DNA of 64,000 nucleotides from an uncultured Chloroflexia bacterium (GTDB lineage Bacteria > Chloroflexota > Limnocylindria > Limnocylindrales > CSP1-4): NCBI GenBank assembly GCA_963752475.1, contig CAVVYR010000007.1:96001-160000 (forward strand), read 5' to 3'. Position numbers and translations under genes: made by a program. The notes under the pieces are model-generated. The model made no database searches. It was not told where the DNA came from and saw only the letters and a program-made list of their open reading frames with translations. Position 1 is the stretch's first letter, and every line of letters begins with the position of its first letter. This document shows, piece after piece, positions 1-8,721 of the stretch.

Positions 1-576
1 CTCGCGTCCGGCGGCCCCACGCGCACGGGCCCGAAGCGGACGCTGAGCCCCGCACGCTTGGGCGAGCAACACATCGGCCCGGCCGACACCGCCAGCTCCG
101 GCGGGAAGTAGGCCAGGCGCAGGAAGCGCCACCCCTTTTCGCCGCCGATGCGGTAGCGGATGGTCACCCCGTCGCCGGTCCGGCTGGCTCGGAATGTCAG
201 TCGCTCGCCGGCCCACGACTCTGGCAGGGGCGCCACCGACCAGTCCGAACGGCCGACCGTCACCACCGCTCCCGCGAAGAGCACGCCGTCGCTGAGCTCC
301 ACGCCGGCCTTGATCCAGTGCTCGGGATCGGCGCGCAGCATCAGGCCGGCCTGGTCGAAGGCGCCCTCGAAGGTCGCATTCGAACGAGACCTCGATGGCG
401 CCGTCGCCGTCGAGAGGGAGGCCAAGGAAGTGACCGTCGTCGTGGACGAAGTCGTATGACGTCGTACGCCAGAAGTCGGTATCCCGGCCGGTGGTGACGA
501 CGAGCTCATCGCCCTCGCGTTCCGCAGCCGGCGGCTCGTTGAGCCAGCTCATCTCGTCCCATTCGATCGTGCGCAT
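1..576 (-). pseudogene. DUF1349 family protein, apparent 1-nt frameshift near 381, runs off window start
   Basis: Manual translation: MRTIEWDEMSWLNEPP..TDFWRTTSYDFVHDDGHFL in one frame; FDQAGLMLRADPEHWIKAGVE..SDWS..GPMCCSP in the next frame; SD GAGGAGG upstream. Confidence 0.8.
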
Positions 577-646
577 CGGTCCCTCCTCGTGTACCCGCAT
601 CCTAGGCCCTGCCCGGCCTCGGTGATGCGAACCTATACTCCGGGCG

Positions 647-1645
647 ATGGTCGTCCATACCCTGCTCCATGTCGTCCGCGGTTTCGCCATGGGCGCCGGC
701 AACATCGTGCCCGGCGTCTCCGGCGGAACCATCGCCCTCGTGTTCGGTATCTACGAGCGTCTCATCGCCTCGGTGCGTGCCGGATCCAAGGCCCTGACCC
801 TGCTCGCCCGCGGCGACACCGCCGGCTTCCGGGACTGGATGCGGGCCGTGGAGTGGTCCTTCCTCATCCCGCTGGGCATCGGCATGCTGGTGTCGGTGGT
901 GGCGCTGGCGAGCCTGCTCCAGACCTACCTGGAGCAGCAGCCTGAGCACATGGCCGCGCTGTTCACCGGCCTGGTCGTGGGTTCGGTGGTGGTGGCCTGG
1001 TGGCTGCTGCGCCGGCCCGGAGCCATCCACCTCGTGGTCATCGTGGCGGTCGGCGTGGTCACGTTCCTGCTGCTGGGGATCCGCGGCGGCGCGGACGAGG
1101 AGAGCGTGGGCCAGGCCGTGGACCCCAGCCTATGGGCCTTCTTCATCGCCGGCCTCATCGCCATCAGCGCGATGATCCTGCCGGGCATCTCGGGCTCGTT
1201 CCTGCTGGTGATCATGGGCATGTACGCCCCCGTCCTCGCTGCGGTGACCGACCGGCAGGTCGTCGAGCTGGGCGTCTTCATGGTCGGTGCGGTCGTCGGG
1301 CTGGCGGCGCTCTCGCAGATCCTGCACGCGGCGCTCCAGCGCTGGCACGACCTCGTGCTGGCGGCGCTCATCGGCCTCATGGCAGGCTCGGTGCGCGTGC
1401 TCTGGCCGTGGCCAGGCGGCGTCGACTCCATCGAGCTGGGCCTGCCTGGCGGTGACGTGGTCGACACCATCGCGTCGCTGGCCGTAGCGGTCGCAGCCTT
1501 CCTGCTGGTCTTGGTCGTGGCCCGCTATGCCCAGGCCCTCGAGGCCGATGAAGAGGCCGAGGGCGTCGGCCCCAGCGAACCCGATGATCTCGCGGAGCCC
1601 GACGCGGAGACCGACGCGGAGCCGGTCCCGAACGCCAAGGCATGA
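647..1645 (+). CDS. DUF368 family (undecaprenyl-phosphate translocase-like) membrane protein
   Basis: GFAMGAGNIVPGVSGGTIA and AMILPGISGSFLL repeat motifs; multiple TM helices. Confidence 0.9.
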   Translation: MVVHTLLHVVRGFAMGAGNIVPGVSGGTIALVFGIYERLIASVRAGSKALTLLARGDTAGFRDWMRAVEWSFLIPLGIGMLVSVVALASLLQTYLEQQPEHMAALFTGLVVGSVVVAWWLLRRPGAIHLVVIVAVGVVTFLLLGIRGGADEESVGQAVDPSLWAFFIAGLIAISAMILPGISGSFLLVIMGMYAPVLAAVTDRQVVELGVFMVGAVVGLAALSQILHAALQRWHDLVLAALIGLMAGSVRVLWPWPGGVDSIELGLPGGDVVDTIASLAVAVAAFLLVLVVARYAQALEADEEAEGVGPSEPDDLAEPDAETDAEPVPNAKA

Positions 1646-2736
1646 CCGGACCGGCGCCAGCAGCCGCTCCCGGTCCTCCTGACCACGACCACGACCATGA
1701 CCATGACGAGTCGGGCATCAGGGCCTGGCTGAAGCACACGTTCACGCCCCATAGCCACGATCCAGCCGCCGGTTTCGACAGCGCCCTCGAGTCGAGCGAG
1801 AAGGGCATCTTCGCGGTCAAGGTCTCGCTCGCGGCACTGATGATCACGGCCCTGCTGCAGGTGGTGCTGGTCTGGCTGACGAGCTCGACCGCGCTGCTCG
1901 CCGACACCATCCACAACTTCAGCGATGCGCTCACCTCGGTGCCGCTCTGGATCGCCTTCGTCGTCGGCCGCCGCGCGGCGAACCGCACCTACACCTATGG
2001 CTATGGACGGGCGGAGGACCTCGCTGGGCTCTTCGTCGTGGGCATGATCGCCTTCAGCGCGGTACTCGTGGGTTGGGAGTCACTGCAGCGGCTGTTCGAG
2101 CCGGCAGAGGTCACCAACCTGGGGCTGCTGGCCGCAGCCGGCGTCGTCGGCTTCCTCGGCAACGAGCTCGTGGCCATCTACCGCATCCGCGTGGGCAACG
2201 AGATCGGCTCACAGGCGCTGGTCGCCGATGGACTCCACGCACGCACCGATGGGCTGACCTCGATCGCCGTCGTCATCGCCGCGGCCGGCGTCTGGCTCGG
2301 CTTCCCCCTGGCCGATCCCATCATCGGGCTCGGCATCACGGTGGCCATCCTGTGGATCCTGCGCGATGCGGCCCGGGCCGTGTTCCGCCGCCTGATGGAC
2401 GCGGTCGACCCGGAGCTCGTCGATGACGTCGAGCGTGTCGCCGCTGCCGTGGAGGGCGTGAAGGAGGTCGAGACCGTGCGCGTGCGCTGGGTCGGCCACC
2501 GCCTCAGCGCCAGCGTCTCATTGGTCGTCGACTGCAAGCAGACCGTGGCCGAGGGCCACCACATCGCCGAGCACGTCAGGCACGCGCTCTACCACGAGGT
2601 TGGGCGACTGGATATGGTCGTCGTCCACGTCGATCCCTGTGAGTGTGGTGACGCCGACGCGCATGCGCACACGCGCGATCACGATGAGACACTGCCGCCG
2701 AGGCGCGAGGAGCGCCCGACCGAGGACGGAGCCTAG
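1642..2736 (+). CDS. Cation diffusion facilitator (CDF) metal transporter
   Basis: ALLADTIHNFSD, YGYGRAEDLAG, ADGLHARTD motifs; His/Asp-rich N-terminus. Confidence 0.93.
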   Translation: MTGPAPAAAPGPPDHDHDHDHDESGIRAWLKHTFTPHSHDPAAGFDSALESSEKGIFAVKVSLAALMITALLQVVLVWLTSSTALLADTIHNFSDALTSVPLWIAFVVGRRAANRTYTYGYGRAEDLAGLFVVGMIAFSAVLVGWESLQRLFEPAEVTNLGLLAAAGVVGFLGNELVAIYRIRVGNEIGSQALVADGLHARTDGLTSIAVVIAAAGVWLGFPLADPIIGLGITVAILWILRDAARAVFRRLMDAVDPELVDDVERVAAAVEGVKEVETVRVRWVGHRLSASVSLVVDCKQTVAEGHHIAEHVRHALYHEVGRLDMVVVHVDPCECGDADAHAHTRDHDETLPPRREERPTEDGA

Positions 2737-3047
2737 GCCGAAGCGGTGTGGGATCTGCCGATGCCACCGCCGCGCACCGCCGAGGCGATGGGCAGGGGCA
2801 CGTTCCAGCCGATCAGCTCACAGCCGAGGAAGTGCGGGGACTCCTGGCCCGGCGTGCAGCGTGGGCAGCCCCAGTAGGCGTAGCCGCCTTCGTCTGGCAT
2901 GAAGTCGAGGTGGCACACGTCCTCCGCGGGGTCACAGTAGGGATCGTGGCAGTTGCAGTCACAGCCGACCGGGTGGTCACAGCTGCAGACCGCGTCAGGG
3001 GAGGGCTCACGGATGACCGTGGCCCTGATCGGCTCGCGCATGGCCAT
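2733..3047 (-). CDS. Small Cys/His-rich hypothetical protein
   Basis: 104 aa with 10 Cys; strong SD GGAGGTGA upstream of ATG. Confidence 0.7.
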   Translation of the reverse strand: MAMREPIRATVIREPSPDAVCSCDHPVGCDCNCHDPYCDPAEDVCHLDFMPDEGGYAYWGCPRCTPGQESPHFLGCELIGWNVPLPIASAVRGGGIGRSHTASA

Positions 3048-3149
3048 CGAGCGTCACCTCCGCTCGCCTAGGCCCGCGGCATGGCCCCCCGGGGCCAGCG
3101 ATGCCCGTATGGTCGCAGGCCCGTCAAGGGGCGCGACCTCCGAACCCTC

Positions 3150-3704
3150 CTACTCGGTCACCTTGCGCGCGACGTCGCCGGGCCGGACGAGGCCCGAACG
3201 GACCACGCGGGTGTTGGCGCCACGCATGCGCAGCGACAGCCCTTCCTTGGTGCTGATGTGGCGCAGGGCGTCCGCACCCCACCACGAGCGGAACTGCACA
3301 CAGCCGGTGTGTGGCTCAGCCTGGACCTCGAGGACGGCCTCGCCGATCTCGATGCGCGTGCCGGTGGGCATGTTGGCCTCGGAGAGATCGAGATCGACGT
3401 AGAGCTGGTCGCCGCACTGGGCCCAGGTGGCGGGCTCCGGATCGCCGCTCACGAGCTCGGCCGCGCGCGCGTTCATGACCGTCACCTGCGCATCTGGGTT
3501 GGGTGTCTCGCGGTTCATGCCGGGACGGTTGATCCAGTCGTCGCCGACGAGCCCCTGCTCGATATCGAGCCGGCCACGGCTGAGGATCTCGCGCTGACCG
3601 CGACCCGGTCGCCGCACGACGAGGCGCACCGCGCCTTCATCCCGGGGCGTGTCGTACACCCGCGCCATCCCCGCCTCGAGCTGCTCTGCCGTCTGATGTG
3701 CCAT
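3150..3704 (-). CDS. MOSC domain protein
   Basis: GDQLYVDLDLSEANMPTGTRI..EPHTGCVQF..RMRGANTRVVRSGLVRPGD; start moved to MAHQ at 3704. Confidence 0.88.
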   Translation of the reverse strand: MAHQTAEQLEAGMARVYDTPRDEGAVRLVVRRPGRGQREILSRGRLDIEQGLVGDDWINRPGMNRETPNPDAQVTVMNARAAELVSGDPEPATWAQCGDQLYVDLDLSEANMPTGTRIEIGEAVLEVQAEPHTGCVQFRSWWGADALRHISTKEGLSLRMRGANTRVVRSGLVRPGDVARKVTE

Positions 3705-3768
3705 GGTCGGAGTATGCCGCAAGCCTCGTCGTCCGAACGTCACAGACGCGTGCTTTGATACGCGAGCC

Positions 3769-5439
3769 ATGACGACCACTTCCCCGACTGCCCCCGCGCC
3801 CCGCGCCGCCCGTTCCCGCATCCCCGACCTTGCCGCCTTCGTGGCCGGTGGCCTCGCGGCCGCGCTGGGCATCGCCATCGGGGAAATGATGGCCGGCCTC
3901 GTGCCTGGCGCGCCCTCGCTGATCATCGCCATCGGTGACTTCGTCATCGAGAACCAGCCGCCCGGGGCGAAGGAACTGATCGTCGAGATCTTCGGCTCCA
4001 ACAACAAGCTCGCGCTCAACGTCGGCATCACCGTCACGGCCATCCTCATCGCTGGCCTCCTCGGTGTGGTCGGCCGGCGCAACTGGATCGTGCCGGTGGC
4101 TGGCTTCGTGATCGCGGGAGCGGTCGGCCTCGGCGCCGCCCTCACGCGGCCGCTCATCGACCCCCTGCTGGCGGTCATCACCATCGTCGTGGCCATCGGC
4201 ATCGCGGTCGTGGCCCTACGCTGGATGCTCGGCTTCACCGCCCCGGCATGGGCCGCCGCGTCTGCGGCCACAGATGCAGCCGCCGAGGGGGCCGCCGCTG
4301 CAGCCGCCGACGGGGCCGAGCAAACGGACCCTGTCGCCGCCGCCGCATCCATGCCCGATTGGGATCGCCGCGGCTTCCTCCAGGCCAGTGGTGGCGTGGC
4401 CGTCGGTGCCGTGCTCCTTGGCACCATCGGTCGCAACCTCATCACCGAGGGCGAGAAGGCTCCGCTCGAGGTCTCCGAGCTGCCCGCGCCTGACGTTCCG
4501 GCCCCGGCGCTACCCGCCTCGGCCTCCCTGGACGTGGATGGCGTCTCCCCCATCGTCACGCCCAACGACGAGTTCTATCGCATCGACACCGCGCTGGTGA
4601 ACCCGCGCGTCGATGTGGCCGACTGGAAGCTGCGCCTCCACGGCTACGTCGATCGCGAGGTCGAGCTCACCTACGATGATCTCCTCGACATGCCCCTCCT
4701 GGAGCAGTACGTGACCATCGCCTGCGTCTCCAACAAGGTCGGCGACGACCTCATCGGCAACGCGCTCTGGACCGGCGTCGACCTCCGCGAGGTACTCGAC
4801 ATGGCCGGCGTGCAGCCAGCCGGCGAGCAGATCGTGGGCCGTTCGGTGGACGGCTTCACGGCGGGCTTCCCGACCTCCTGGGCCATGGACCCCGCGCGCA
4901 CCCCCATGATCGCCATCGGCATGAACGGTGAACCGCTGCCGCGCGATCATGGCTATCCGGCACGCCTCATCATCCCCGGCCTCTACGGCTACGTCAGCGC
5001 CACCAAGTGGCTGAGCGAGATCCAGCTCACCGGCTGGGAGGAGTTCGACGGCTACTGGATCCCGCGCAACTGGGCCAAGGAGGCGCCGATCCTGACGCAG
5101 TCACGCATCGACACACCCAAGCCGAACGCCAGCCTCGCGGGCGGTACGACCGTGCCCATCGGTGGTGTGGCCTGGGCGGTGGACCGCGGCATCACCAAGG
5201 TGGAGGTCGCCATCGACGGTGCTGAGTGGCAGGAGTGCGAGATCTCCGACCCGCTCAACGACGCCACCTGGGTCCAGTGGGTCCTGCCCTGGGACGTGCC
5301 CGCGGATGGCGGCTCACACGACATCAAGGTCCGTGCTACTGATGGGGACGGCGTGGTCCAGACCGCGGACATCACCCCGCCCGCACCCGATGGCGCCCGT
5401 GGCCACCACGCCATCCGCGTCCAGGTCGACGCCGCCTAG
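3769..5439 (+). CDS. Membrane-anchored molybdopterin-dependent oxidoreductase (sulfite oxidase/MsrP-like)
   Basis: FYRIDTAL, TIACVSN, GNALWTGV, HGYPARLIIPGLYGYVSATKW; N-terminal TM helices followed by DRRGFL. Confidence 0.92.
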   Translation: MTTTSPTAPAPRAARSRIPDLAAFVAGGLAAALGIAIGEMMAGLVPGAPSLIIAIGDFVIENQPPGAKELIVEIFGSNNKLALNVGITVTAILIAGLLGVVGRRNWIVPVAGFVIAGAVGLGAALTRPLIDPLLAVITIVVAIGIAVVALRWMLGFTAPAWAAASAATDAAAEGAAAAAADGAEQTDPVAAAASMPDWDRRGFLQASGGVAVGAVLLGTIGRNLITEGEKAPLEVSELPAPDVPAPALPASASLDVDGVSPIVTPNDEFYRIDTALVNPRVDVADWKLRLHGYVDREVELTYDDLLDMPLLEQYVTIACVSNKVGDDLIGNALWTGVDLREVLDMAGVQPAGEQIVGRSVDGFTAGFPTSWAMDPARTPMIAIGMNGEPLPRDHGYPARLIIPGLYGYVSATKWLSEIQLTGWEEFDGYWIPRNWAKEAPILTQSRIDTPKPNASLAGGTTVPIGGVAWAVDRGITKVEVAIDGAEWQECEISDPLNDATWVQWVLPWDVPADGGSHDIKVRATDGDGVVQTADITPPAPDGARGHHAIRVQVDAA

Positions 5440-5698
5440 TCAGCCGTTTGCGGCGCTCGAAACACCTCAGAGGCTGTTCAGGCTGGGCGGCGCTACCCGG
5501 CGATCGGGTGACTCGGCGAAGCGAGAGCCTCGTCCGGCTGCTTCCTTCGCCGTCCGACCCCACCGCTGGGTCGAGTGGCGAGGCGCTCGTTGCTTGACCC
5601 GTTCCCGGGGTGAGATGGCGAAGCACCAGTCCTTGAGACGCGCCTGCTTCGCCCAGTGACCCCTGGGGTGGGTAGCGGCTCCACGCCGCCGGGTCGCG

Positions 5699-6538
5699 CT
5701 ACTCGACGTCGACCTCGCCGCTGATGATGGTGCGGGTGGCGCCACCGACCCAGATGGCACCGTCCCCGTCCTGGCTGATCCGAGGCCGCCCCGTGCGACC
5801 CATGACCGTGCCCTGGCTGGCGGTGTACGGCGGCACCACGCGACCGATCCCCACCAGCCACTGCGCGACCGAGGCGTTGAGGCTACCGGTGACGGGGTCC
5901 TCCATCACCTCCTGGCGGTCGTTGGTGAAGATGGCGCGCACCTCGTAGGCACACTCGGAGCCTTCGGGGTACAGGCCCACGACGCCGATATCGAGGTGCT
6001 CGCCGTCGCCGGTCGGGCGCAGCCGCAGCACGTCCTGAGCCGACTCGAGCATGACCGCCACCCAGCCAGGCCCGTTGTCCACCCACTGGCTGTCGACGAT
6101 ATCGCCGACCGCGATGCCCAGGACATGTGCGATGCGTTCGAGGTCCTGGGGCGAGACCGCACCCGATCGCGTCGTCGGAGGTGCCCCGAAGGCGAGCACG
6201 CCGTCGATGAGGCGGATGGGGATGAGGCCGGCCGGGCACTCCTGCACGATCCGCTCGGGTTCACGTGGCTGCCCACCGGCTGCCAGCCAGGCGTGGCACG
6301 TGCCCAACGTGGGGTGGCCGGCGAAGGGCAGCTCGCCGACCTGCGTGAAGATGCGTACCGCGTAGTCGGCGACAGGATCGCTCGGCGGCAGCAGGAACGT
6401 CGCTTCCGAGAGGTTGGTCCAGCGCGTGAAGCGCTCCATCTGTTCGGTGCTCAGGCCGACCGCGTCGTGCACCACCGCTACCGGGTTCCCGCGCAGAGGC
6501 TCTGGTGAGAAGACATCGACCTGCTGGAACCGGCGCAT
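5699..6538 (-). CDS. PhzF family isomerase/epimerase
   Basis: QVDVF..GNPVAVV, NLSEATF, ELPFAGHPTLG, EDPVTGS. Confidence 0.93.
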   Translation of the reverse strand: MRRFQQVDVFSPEPLRGNPVAVVHDAVGLSTEQMERFTRWTNLSEATFLLPPSDPVADYAVRIFTQVGELPFAGHPTLGTCHAWLAAGGQPREPERIVQECPAGLIPIRLIDGVLAFGAPPTTRSGAVSPQDLERIAHVLGIAVGDIVDSQWVDNGPGWVAVMLESAQDVLRLRPTGDGEHLDIGVVGLYPEGSECAYEVRAIFTNDRQEVMEDPVTGSLNASVAQWLVGIGRVVPPYTASQGTVMGRTGRPRISQDGDGAIWVGGATRTIISGEVDVE

Positions 6539-6575
6539 CCGCGACTCCCTCGCTGCTGGCTGCTGTTTCTCTGAT

Positions 6576-6605
6576 TGTCGGCCAGATGACACCGAAAGGG
6601 TCACC
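6576..6605. repeat. Element X copy 1 (30 nt, contains TGAC-N9-GTCA palindrome), probable operator/promoter
   Basis: tgtcggccagatgacaccgaaagggtcacc; 27/30 identical to 8028-8057. Confidence 0.7.
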
Positions 6606-6698
6606 AGCCCACTAACCCTCCGGCACCTCCCGGCCCGACCATGTGGTCAACGTCGGAAACACACCACGTCGGGTGGCACAGCCAACAGGGAGAACACG

Positions 6699-6893
6699 AT
6701 GAACCGCACGAAGCTCGCAGTCGTCAGCACCATCACCGCCGTCATGATCCTCGGCTCCACCATCGTCTTCGCCTCGGCCCCCGCCGCCGACACGGCCGAC
6801 ACCGGCGCCGACGCCCCCTCGATGACCACCGACCTGCAGGCCGATCCCAACGTCCGCCGCGGCGGCGGCGCCGGCCACAACCTCAAGAAGTAG
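6699..6893 (+). CDS. Small secreted peptide precursor (64 aa)
   Basis: SD AGGGAGA; MNRTK + hydrophobic core + FASA signal peptide; followed by strong hairpin. Confidence 0.75.
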   Translation: MNRTKLAVVSTITAVMILGSTIVFASAPAADTADTGADAPSMTTDLQADPNVRRGGGAGHNLKK

Positions 6894-6895
6894 CT

Positions 6896-6948
6896 ACCCG
6901 ACGTTGACGCGGGGTCAGCTCTCCCAGCTGACCCCGCGTTCCTCTGTG
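6896..6948 (+). terminator. Element Y copy 1: hairpin terminator
   Basis: acgcggggtcagct-ctccc-agctgaccccgcgt 14-bp stem with pyrimidine tail; 47/53 identical to 8088-8140. Confidence 0.8.
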
Positions 6949-6954
6949 TGCGGA

Positions 6955-7959
6955 TCAGGCCGTGGCGTCGCCTTCATCGGTCGAGACCACGCGATCCGGG
7001 GCAGCGTGGACCGCCGGGATCGAGCCCAGTCGACCGGCTTGGTAGTCGCTGAAGGCCTGCATGACCTCCGCTCGCGTGTTCATCACGAACGGCCCCATCC
7101 AGGCTACCGGCTCGCGGATGGGCAGGCCGCCCAGGATGAGCACGTCCATGTTCGGACTGCGACTCTCCTGCACCTGGCCGGCCCGAACCGTCAGCACATC
7201 GCCGGGGCCGTAGACCGCGAGCTGGCCCATGCCGATCGGTCGCCGGTCGCCACCGACCGTGCCTTCGCCATTGAGCACGTACAGCAGCCCGTTGAAGTCC
7301 GCGCGCCACGGCAGCGAGAGCTGGGCTCCGGGGCTGAGCGTGGCGTGGACCTGCGCCATGGGCGTATACGTTGAGCCCGGCCCACGATGTCCGCCGACCT
7401 CGCCGGCGATGATACGCAGCAGCGCTCCACCATCGTCGGACGCCACCAGCGCCACCTCGTCTGCTCGCAGGTCCTGGTAGCGAGGGTCGGCGGCCTTCTT
7501 CGAGCGGGGCAGGTTGACCCACAGCTGGAAGCCGTGGAAGAGGCCGCCGCTGACCACCAGATGCTCCGGTGGTGTCTCGATGTGGAGGATGCCGGCACCG
7601 GCGGTCATCCACTGCGTGTCGCCGTTGGTGATGCTCCCGCCGCCGCCGTTGGAGTCGCTGTGGTCCATGATCCCGTCGATCATGTAGGTCACGGTCTCGA
7701 AGCCGCGATGAGGATGCCAGGGTGTGCCCTTGGGCTCGCCCGGAGCGTACTCGACCTCGCCCATCTGATCGAGGTGGATGAAGGGGTCGAGATCCCGCAG
7801 GTCGACCCCGGCGAATGCGCGGCGCACCGGGAAGCCCTCACCTTCGAACGCACTCGGCGCTTGGGTCACGCTCTTGACGTCGCGCTCTCTCGCGAGCAGG
7901 GGGTCGGGTCGCGGGATGCGCGGTAGTGCGGTGATGTCGTCGACGGTGATGGCTGGCAT
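6955..7959 (-). CDS. Pirin family protein
   Basis: DPFIHLD, HPHRGFETVTY, QWMTAGAGILHIE, GPFVMNT; SD GGAGG before MPAITVDD. Confidence 0.95.
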   Translation of the reverse strand: MPAITVDDITALPRIPRPDPLLARERDVKSVTQAPSAFEGEGFPVRRAFAGVDLRDLDPFIHLDQMGEVEYAPGEPKGTPWHPHRGFETVTYMIDGIMDHSDSNGGGGSITNGDTQWMTAGAGILHIETPPEHLVVSGGLFHGFQLWVNLPRSKKAADPRYQDLRADEVALVASDDGGALLRIIAGEVGGHRGPGSTYTPMAQVHATLSPGAQLSLPWRADFNGLLYVLNGEGTVGGDRRPIGMGQLAVYGPGDVLTVRAGQVQESRSPNMDVLILGGLPIREPVAWMGPFVMNTRAEVMQAFSDYQAGRLGSIPAVHAAPDRVVSTDEGDATA

Positions 7960-8001
7960 GGGGGCCTCCAGGGAAAGGGGTCGGGCGCTAGTATCTCGCA
8001 C

Positions 8002-8022
8002 ATTGGTTGCGCAAGCAACTAT
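8002..8022. promoter_or_regulatory. AT-rich imperfect palindrome upstream of pirin, probable MarR-type operator
   Basis: attggttgc-gcaa-gcaactat. Confidence 0.45.
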
Positions 8023-8027
8023 CTATG

Positions 8028-8140
8028 TGTCGGCCAGATGACGCCGCAGGGGTCACCCGGCGTTGCCTGCGACCTCGAAAAGCCACCACCCGACGTTGAG
8101 GCGGAGTCAGCTCTCCCGGCTGACCCGCCGTTTCTCTGTG
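8028..8140 (+). repeat. Internally deleted second copy of the X-peptide-Y cassette
   Basis: X (8028-8057) + 30 nt resembling 6866-6895 + Y (8088-8140). Confidence 0.75.
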
Positions 8141-8721
8141 GCCACGCGGTCCACGACTGCCTCGAACTCTGCCCACGAGTGGATGTCGACGACGCCCTCC
8201 ATGGGGTCGTTCCAGGGGTGGACCATGCGGCAGACCACCGCGCCAGGCACGCCGGCCGTGAGCTCCTCGAGCTGGTGTGGTGCGTCGTCGAGGTAGACGT
8301 CGCACTCGGCCAACGTCTTGTCCCACAGGAAATGGACCTCGCGTGCGGGCACGTCGTGGTCGGCCAGCCAGGCCAGCGAGTCGGGGATGGCCCAGTCGAA
8401 CTTCGAGCTCACGATACAGACGCGGTGCTTGGCGCCGATGCGCTTGATGGCTTCGATCGCTCCCGGCAGCGGCGGTGCATCGCGGAAGGTCGAGCGGCCG
8501 TCGCCCTGGGCCCAGGCCCAGAAGTCGCCCATCGATCCGAAGTGCGTGAGCGTATGGAGCCCATTCCACTCCTGCACCATCGAGGCGTCCAGCCTGGCGT
8601 CGAAGTCGGCGTTGTAGCGTGTCATCCAGCCGGTGTTGAAATCGGCCAGCACGCCGTCCATGTCGATGCCGACGCGGATGCCTGGCAGGAGATCGTCGAA
8701 GATGCCGCTCCGGTGGCTCAT
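8107..8721 (-). CDS. 5'(3')-deoxyribonucleotidase (NT5C-type HAD)
   Basis: IDMDGVLADF, PLPGAIEAI, DVYLDDAPH, HPWN. Confidence 0.88.
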   Translation of the reverse strand: MSHRSGIFDDLLPGIRVGIDMDGVLADFNTGWMTRYNADFDARLDASMVQEWNGLHTLTHFGSMGDFWAWAQGDGRSTFRDAPPLPGAIEAIKRIGAKHRVCIVSSKFDWAIPDSLAWLADHDVPAREVHFLWDKTLAECDVYLDDAPHQLEELTAGVPGAVVCRMVHPWNDPMEGVVDIHSWAEFEAVVDRVATEKRRVSRES

